DNA of 64,000 nucleotides. Source: Lingula anatina. Taxonomy: Eukaryota; Animalia; Brachiopoda. Where the stretch lies: the NCBI GenBank assembly GCA_051362555.1, contig CM120640.1, forward strand, positions 18,166,001-18,230,000, given 5' to 3'. The position numbers and the translations under genes were made by a program. The number at the start of each line of letters is the position of its first letter. Position 1 is the first letter of the stretch. The notes beneath the pieces were generated by a model that was given only the letters and a program-made list of their open reading frames with translations, did no database searches and was not told the DNA's origin. Positions 61,540 to 64,000 of this stretch are shown here, in pieces.

Positions 61540-63696
61540 TGGGTCGCACTGCCGTGAGCGACCTATTGTTATGTAAATTATAACAGGTACAGCTCATGTT
61601 CATTCAGGAGTATTGCGCTTGAAATCGTTCTCATTAGGAAGGCGAAACTATGTGATTTCGATAGTTTAACATAAAATGATGAATCTGTTTTTCGTGAATT
61701 CTTGATAATATAATTTAATCCATCGGTCAGAAGTATCTTGCGATCCCTCATGGCTGAATACGCAGAGACCTAACACTGAATCTTCTCGGCACTGTCGGGC
61801 GATCATTGGTTTAGATGGAGAGCACGCTCACCTGTCTATTGTCATGGTAATCGTAATGGTCTGGTTCACTTCTGAGTAAAGGGATATACAGTTGCAGTTC
61901 CCTCGACTATTCTGATAATTATATTTCCATTTAAGGTCCTTGTATATTTACGACGGATAGATCTAGCTATACGTGCAAAATTGAAATACCTAACGTAAAA
62001 GCCGCTAATACATGAGAACCTGGCATTTCCGTAGTATTAGTCGAAGAAGGGACGCACATGGGTCGCAGTTTAGTGTGAAGGGGGGCCCCCCAAGTTGTCA
62101 GGCCAAAGAGACCCATAAAATAGCGCATTCTTAACGAAAATTCTATACTTTTTCTCAGAAAAATATTGTTGATTAACAAGGTTTTACTCTGTACCAAAGT
62201 TAAAAGCAGTTGACACTAGGATAGAAATTCATAAATTTTATTCTCAGTGGTTTCCAAATTGCAATTATTACGTAAAAAGATGCACGCACAAATTACTTTC
62301 AAATATATATTTCCTTTCTAGATTTTCCTCTTTTCTTTCTTTAAATGAGGGGAAGAGCGTCTATGGATTTCAACATAAGAAATAAAGTAACTGTGTGTAT
62401 ATAAATATAGCTGTGCACAAGTTACAATGCTAGAAAAGTAACAACTTGATAGTGATACAAACTTACATAATCTATGCAATATACACAGTTTAATAACAAT
62501 TACACTGTGATTTTTCAAAAATAGAAGCATACCGATTTACTTCAGTTTTAAAGTGCCATGCTGTACAATATAGTTCAGTAAAATGGATCTCTCTGAAAAT
62601 ACTCAACAGGTTACCTAACAATACCTTTCTTTGTTCAATATATGAAAAAGTTATTGACATTCTTTCTTTAACAATCTAAATATTTTGTCTAATACTCATA
62701 ACACAACTCACTACTCATATGTACATATTAAGTAAACAATATCTTATATAAACAATGTAAGTAATAAAATCCTTTATGACAATCAGTTAAAAGCACAAAA
62801 GTAATACTAAAACTGTGTAATAGTATTTTATTAATGGCAACTATGAGTGGTAGTGAAAGTAGTGTCCCAACCTTGACCTAAGTTGAAATAGAAAGAACAC
62901 AAACTGCGATAAATGTCAACGACAAGCACCATACCAAAAGAAATACAGGACATTTTAAAATGATAATTCTTTTTCAAATGCCCTTTATTAAGTAGAAATG
63001 AGTACAAAAAAGAATCCCATTGGACGAATATTTGTAATGCTTGAAAGTCTGTAAGTACTTATTTAATAATAAAATTTAATAATTCTTCTTTTAATCTTCC
63101 TCAATATCATCCACTGTCTGGTTTCAACTTATCCTTCTTTATTTTTCCTAAAAAAAAAAAGAAGTGATTTTTTAAATCAAATAATTTTTCATATTTAGTT
63201 TTTAACTATACATGAAAACTTGTATGTGCTAAAAAGCTTTCACCATATCCGTTGAATATGTATTCCATGTATCAACTTACTGCAAGATCAAGATAGCAAA
63301 GAATTATCTCCATTTGGATTTGGTAAAACTACATTAATTTCATCAATGTGCTGAATAAAAACAAGTAATATGCAGAGTGGGATGAGGAGTGGCAGTATGC
63401 AAGATTCCTTATGTGCTGTGAAATATGATAGCACTGGTTTACTAAAAAAAAATTAAATGCTGTTCATTTCACCTCATTGAATGTTCCTTTTTTCTTTTAT
63501 TTTTTCCATTGTGATAGATTAACATTATGATTAACAGTGTCTTAGCTGTGTCTGTGTACTGATCATCATAACTACTGGGATGCTGTTAGTATATGATAAG
63601 AAACCATGCTGAGTGCTAAATCATTTTAAGATAAGATACATTCTCCAAGGTGTTGTAATGTGTTATAAAGTTGAAATACACACCTTTCAGGCCCTA

Positions 63697-63902
63697 TTAA
63701 TAACAAGGTTGTAAATTACAGTATCTCCTCTGTAGTTTTGGTCCACAGGGTCTACCTCCATTCTGGGGCTCGACAAGGACATGTTTTGACCTCTCCTGAA
63801 TGCTGTCATATCCACATGTCTTGGCACATGGCGTCCAGGGTCCCCAGCCTCCCAGCACGCAGTCTACACGCTCTGTGCTCTTACGAAACTCATTACTCGA
63901 CT
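63697..63902 (-). CDS. Terminal coding exon of a neighbouring gene: spondin/mindin-type thrombospondin type-1 (TSP1) repeat
   Basis: DCVLGGWGPWTPCAKTCG...QERSKHVLVEPQNGGRPC...RYCNLQPCY*; TTTTCAG acceptor at 63903, phase 1; the rest of the gene is outside the window. Confidence 0.88.
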
Positions 63903-64000
63903 CTGAAAATAAAACATTCAATACCTACAAGTAAATGATATTTGCAGTATTTCTTTCCGAATTGTCATATTCTGTGTGAATTATTCTAAACATTTAGTTG

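Overview
AT-rich animal (invertebrate-type) genomic DNA. About 55 kb is taken up by one minus-strand gene that I reconstructed by hand from GT..AG boundaries. It begins at ATG 55044, runs off the left edge of the window, and has about 75 exons encoding at least ~8,500 aa if all are spliced in. The protein has an N-terminal transmembrane anchor and basic patch, then a huge K/S/E/T-rich repetitive region with no domain I recognise. That region is built from tandemly amplified phase-0 exon+intron cassettes: a ~1.26-kb two-exon unit (exon X 261 nt, exon Y 381 nt) at 5.8-12.5 kb and 32.5-49 kb, and a derived 718/742-bp single fused exon (Z) in 27 copies at 13-32.3 kb. Every exon copy I checked is open, and exon indels are multiples of 3. 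The introns carry an intact Ty3/gypsy LTR retrotransposon (identical 155-bp LTRs, 5-bp TSD), a Helentron/HINE-like element with a ~146-bp internal satellite, two MITEs and a Tc1-type excision footprint. The right end holds simple repeats, a 34-bp minisatellite and the last exon of a spondin-type TSP1 gene. The gene model and protein length come from sequence only and need RNA and long-read confirmation.
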